Source of the DNA: the human T2T-CHM13v2.0 reference genome, Homo sapiens
Reading direction: 5' to 3' (one strand)
DNA: 64,000 nucleotides
NCBI RefSeq assembly: GCF_009914755.1
Contig: NC_060928.1
Positions within the stretch are counted from its first letter, which is position 1. Each line of letters begins with the position of its first letter. Under the pieces are notes generated by a model, which was given only the letters and a program-made list of their open reading frames with translations, ran no database searches and was not told where the DNA came from. Below, piece after piece: positions 62,265 to 64,000 of this stretch. Position numbers and translations under genes: made by a program.

Positions 62265-62622
62265 TGCTATGGTCTGAATGTTCGTGAATCCCCAAAATTC
62301 ATACGTTGAAACTGAAACCGCAATGGAATTGTATTAAGAGGTGGGCCCTTTAGGAGATGATTAGGTTATGAGCACTGTGTCCTCATGTATGGGCTTAATG
62401 CCCTTGTAAAAGAAGCCCAAGAGAGCTTGCTTGTCCCTTCTGTCACATGAGGACACAGCTAGAAGGTGCTATCTAATTAGAAACGGGCCCTCACCAGACA
62501 CCAAATCTGCTGGCACCTTGATAGACTTCCTAGGCTCCAGAAACGTAAGCAATAAATTTCTGCTGCTTACCAAGTATCTAGTCTAAAGTATTTTGTTATA
62601 ACAGCCTGAAAGGATAAAGACG
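62265..62622 (+). mobile_element. MLT1A0-like MaLR solo LTR
   Basis: tgctatggtctgaatgtt...gccctcaccagacaccaaatctgctggcaccttgat...ttttgttataacagcc. Confidence 0.85.
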
Positions 62623-62974
62623 AGGCCTATTACAAAATGTGAATACCTATAGCATCATTCATATATCCCTTAAATTTCCCTTAGGAGTAAAACACAACAT
62701 AATAGAAACAAGGCCAATAATAATTGATTATTCCCTGGCAGTTAACAAGCAAGTGGCTGCAGTATTGACTGAGGAAGGTCTGACCTACGGTCACTGAAAG
62801 TTTTTGGTAACCACACTAGGGCAACCTAGCAATCCTCCAGGCTTCTGTGATCAGAACAGAAAGAGATGCCAAGAAGCTGCAGGTTCCCAAAAGATCCCAA
62901 ACAAGAGGAATCAATCCCCTTCGGATCCAGCAGGCTCTCTTGTGTACCTCACCTCCACTCTCACCTTTTCCTAT

Positions 62975-63070
62975 ATGCAGATGAGAAAGTAAAGTCTCAG
63001 AAAGTCAGCAACTTGCCCAACGTTACAAGACTGATTAGTGGCAGAGCTATGGCAAGACTATAAAAATCCT
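62975..63070 (-). mobile_element. MIR fragment
   Basis: cagatgagaaagtaaagtctcagaaagtcagcaacttgcccaacgttaca...agtggcagagc. Confidence 0.7.
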
Positions 63071-63329
63071 CACTACTCATTACCCCAATGCGCCAGTGAG
63101 AGCAGTGAGAGCCGGGAGCTGCCCTAGCAATGCAGCCCTGCCTGCGGCCTAGGCAGTCCTATAGGGTACATCCATCACCCACTCCCAAAATACTTTTCCT
63201 GCTGTAACAAAGATGAGTCCACCACAGGATACCCTCGAGAATAATTTTGACAAAAACTAACTTTATTTGAGAATGCCATATTACAAGGCAACTATAATTC
63301 AACCACAGTTTAAACTACACTTTTTTCTA

Positions 63330-63560
<231 letters not shown>

Positions 63561-64000
63561 TTAAATGCTGAACCATTCATTTGTTTCTGATAGTAATTAA
63601 GAAATAATTTTAAGATACATTAATGGAGTACTATGTGTGCATGAAAAGTTATTACTTTTTTTTATTTCTAGTTGATCTGGGTGCTGAAAAAGGCAGGTGA
63701 CAATATTCAGTTACCTGGCAAATAAAATACAAATACATATGACAAAAAGTGACATTTACACATGTCAAATGAAATTATGTTCAATTTTTAAAGTGAATTT
63801 TGCATCACTAACTGGCCTTATGCAAGCAACACTTTGTGGTGGCCTATAAATGTAGTTGTCATGCAACAGTGTCATTCACACATGCAGACAGAGAGCAATG
63901 AGATATCAATGATTTCGTTATTATTAACACTAACACAAAACTTAAAAAAAAAAAAAGCCTTTCAAGTTCTAACACAAACCAGAGGAAGTGCAAATAAGTT

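Overview
Primate (very likely human) genomic DNA from inside the PRDM5 gene (PR/SET domain plus C2H2 zinc fingers), transcribed on the minus strand. Ten coding exons are present. All have GT-AG boundaries and splice into one open frame matching PRDM5 from EGENIFY to HIRSHT(G). They are numbered 4-13 from my recollection of the gene model. The remainder is intron with Alu, MIR, L2, old L1M fragments, MaLR/ERVL LTRs, hAT-Charlie elements, a near-full-length L1PA (L1PA5-like) carrying a nested LTR12 solo LTR, and a U6 retro-pseudogene. I found no clearly new biological system. The best leads are: a sense-oriented LTR12 promoter in intron 8 that could give a PR-less isoform; an exon 6 cassette that switches two C2HC fingers to one C2H2 finger; juxtaposed AG|GT splice motifs; and small L1-mobilised chimeric inserts with intact target-site duplications (TSDs). 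Repeat subfamily names are by-eye calls from remembered consensus sequences and need RepeatMasker/Dfam confirmation.
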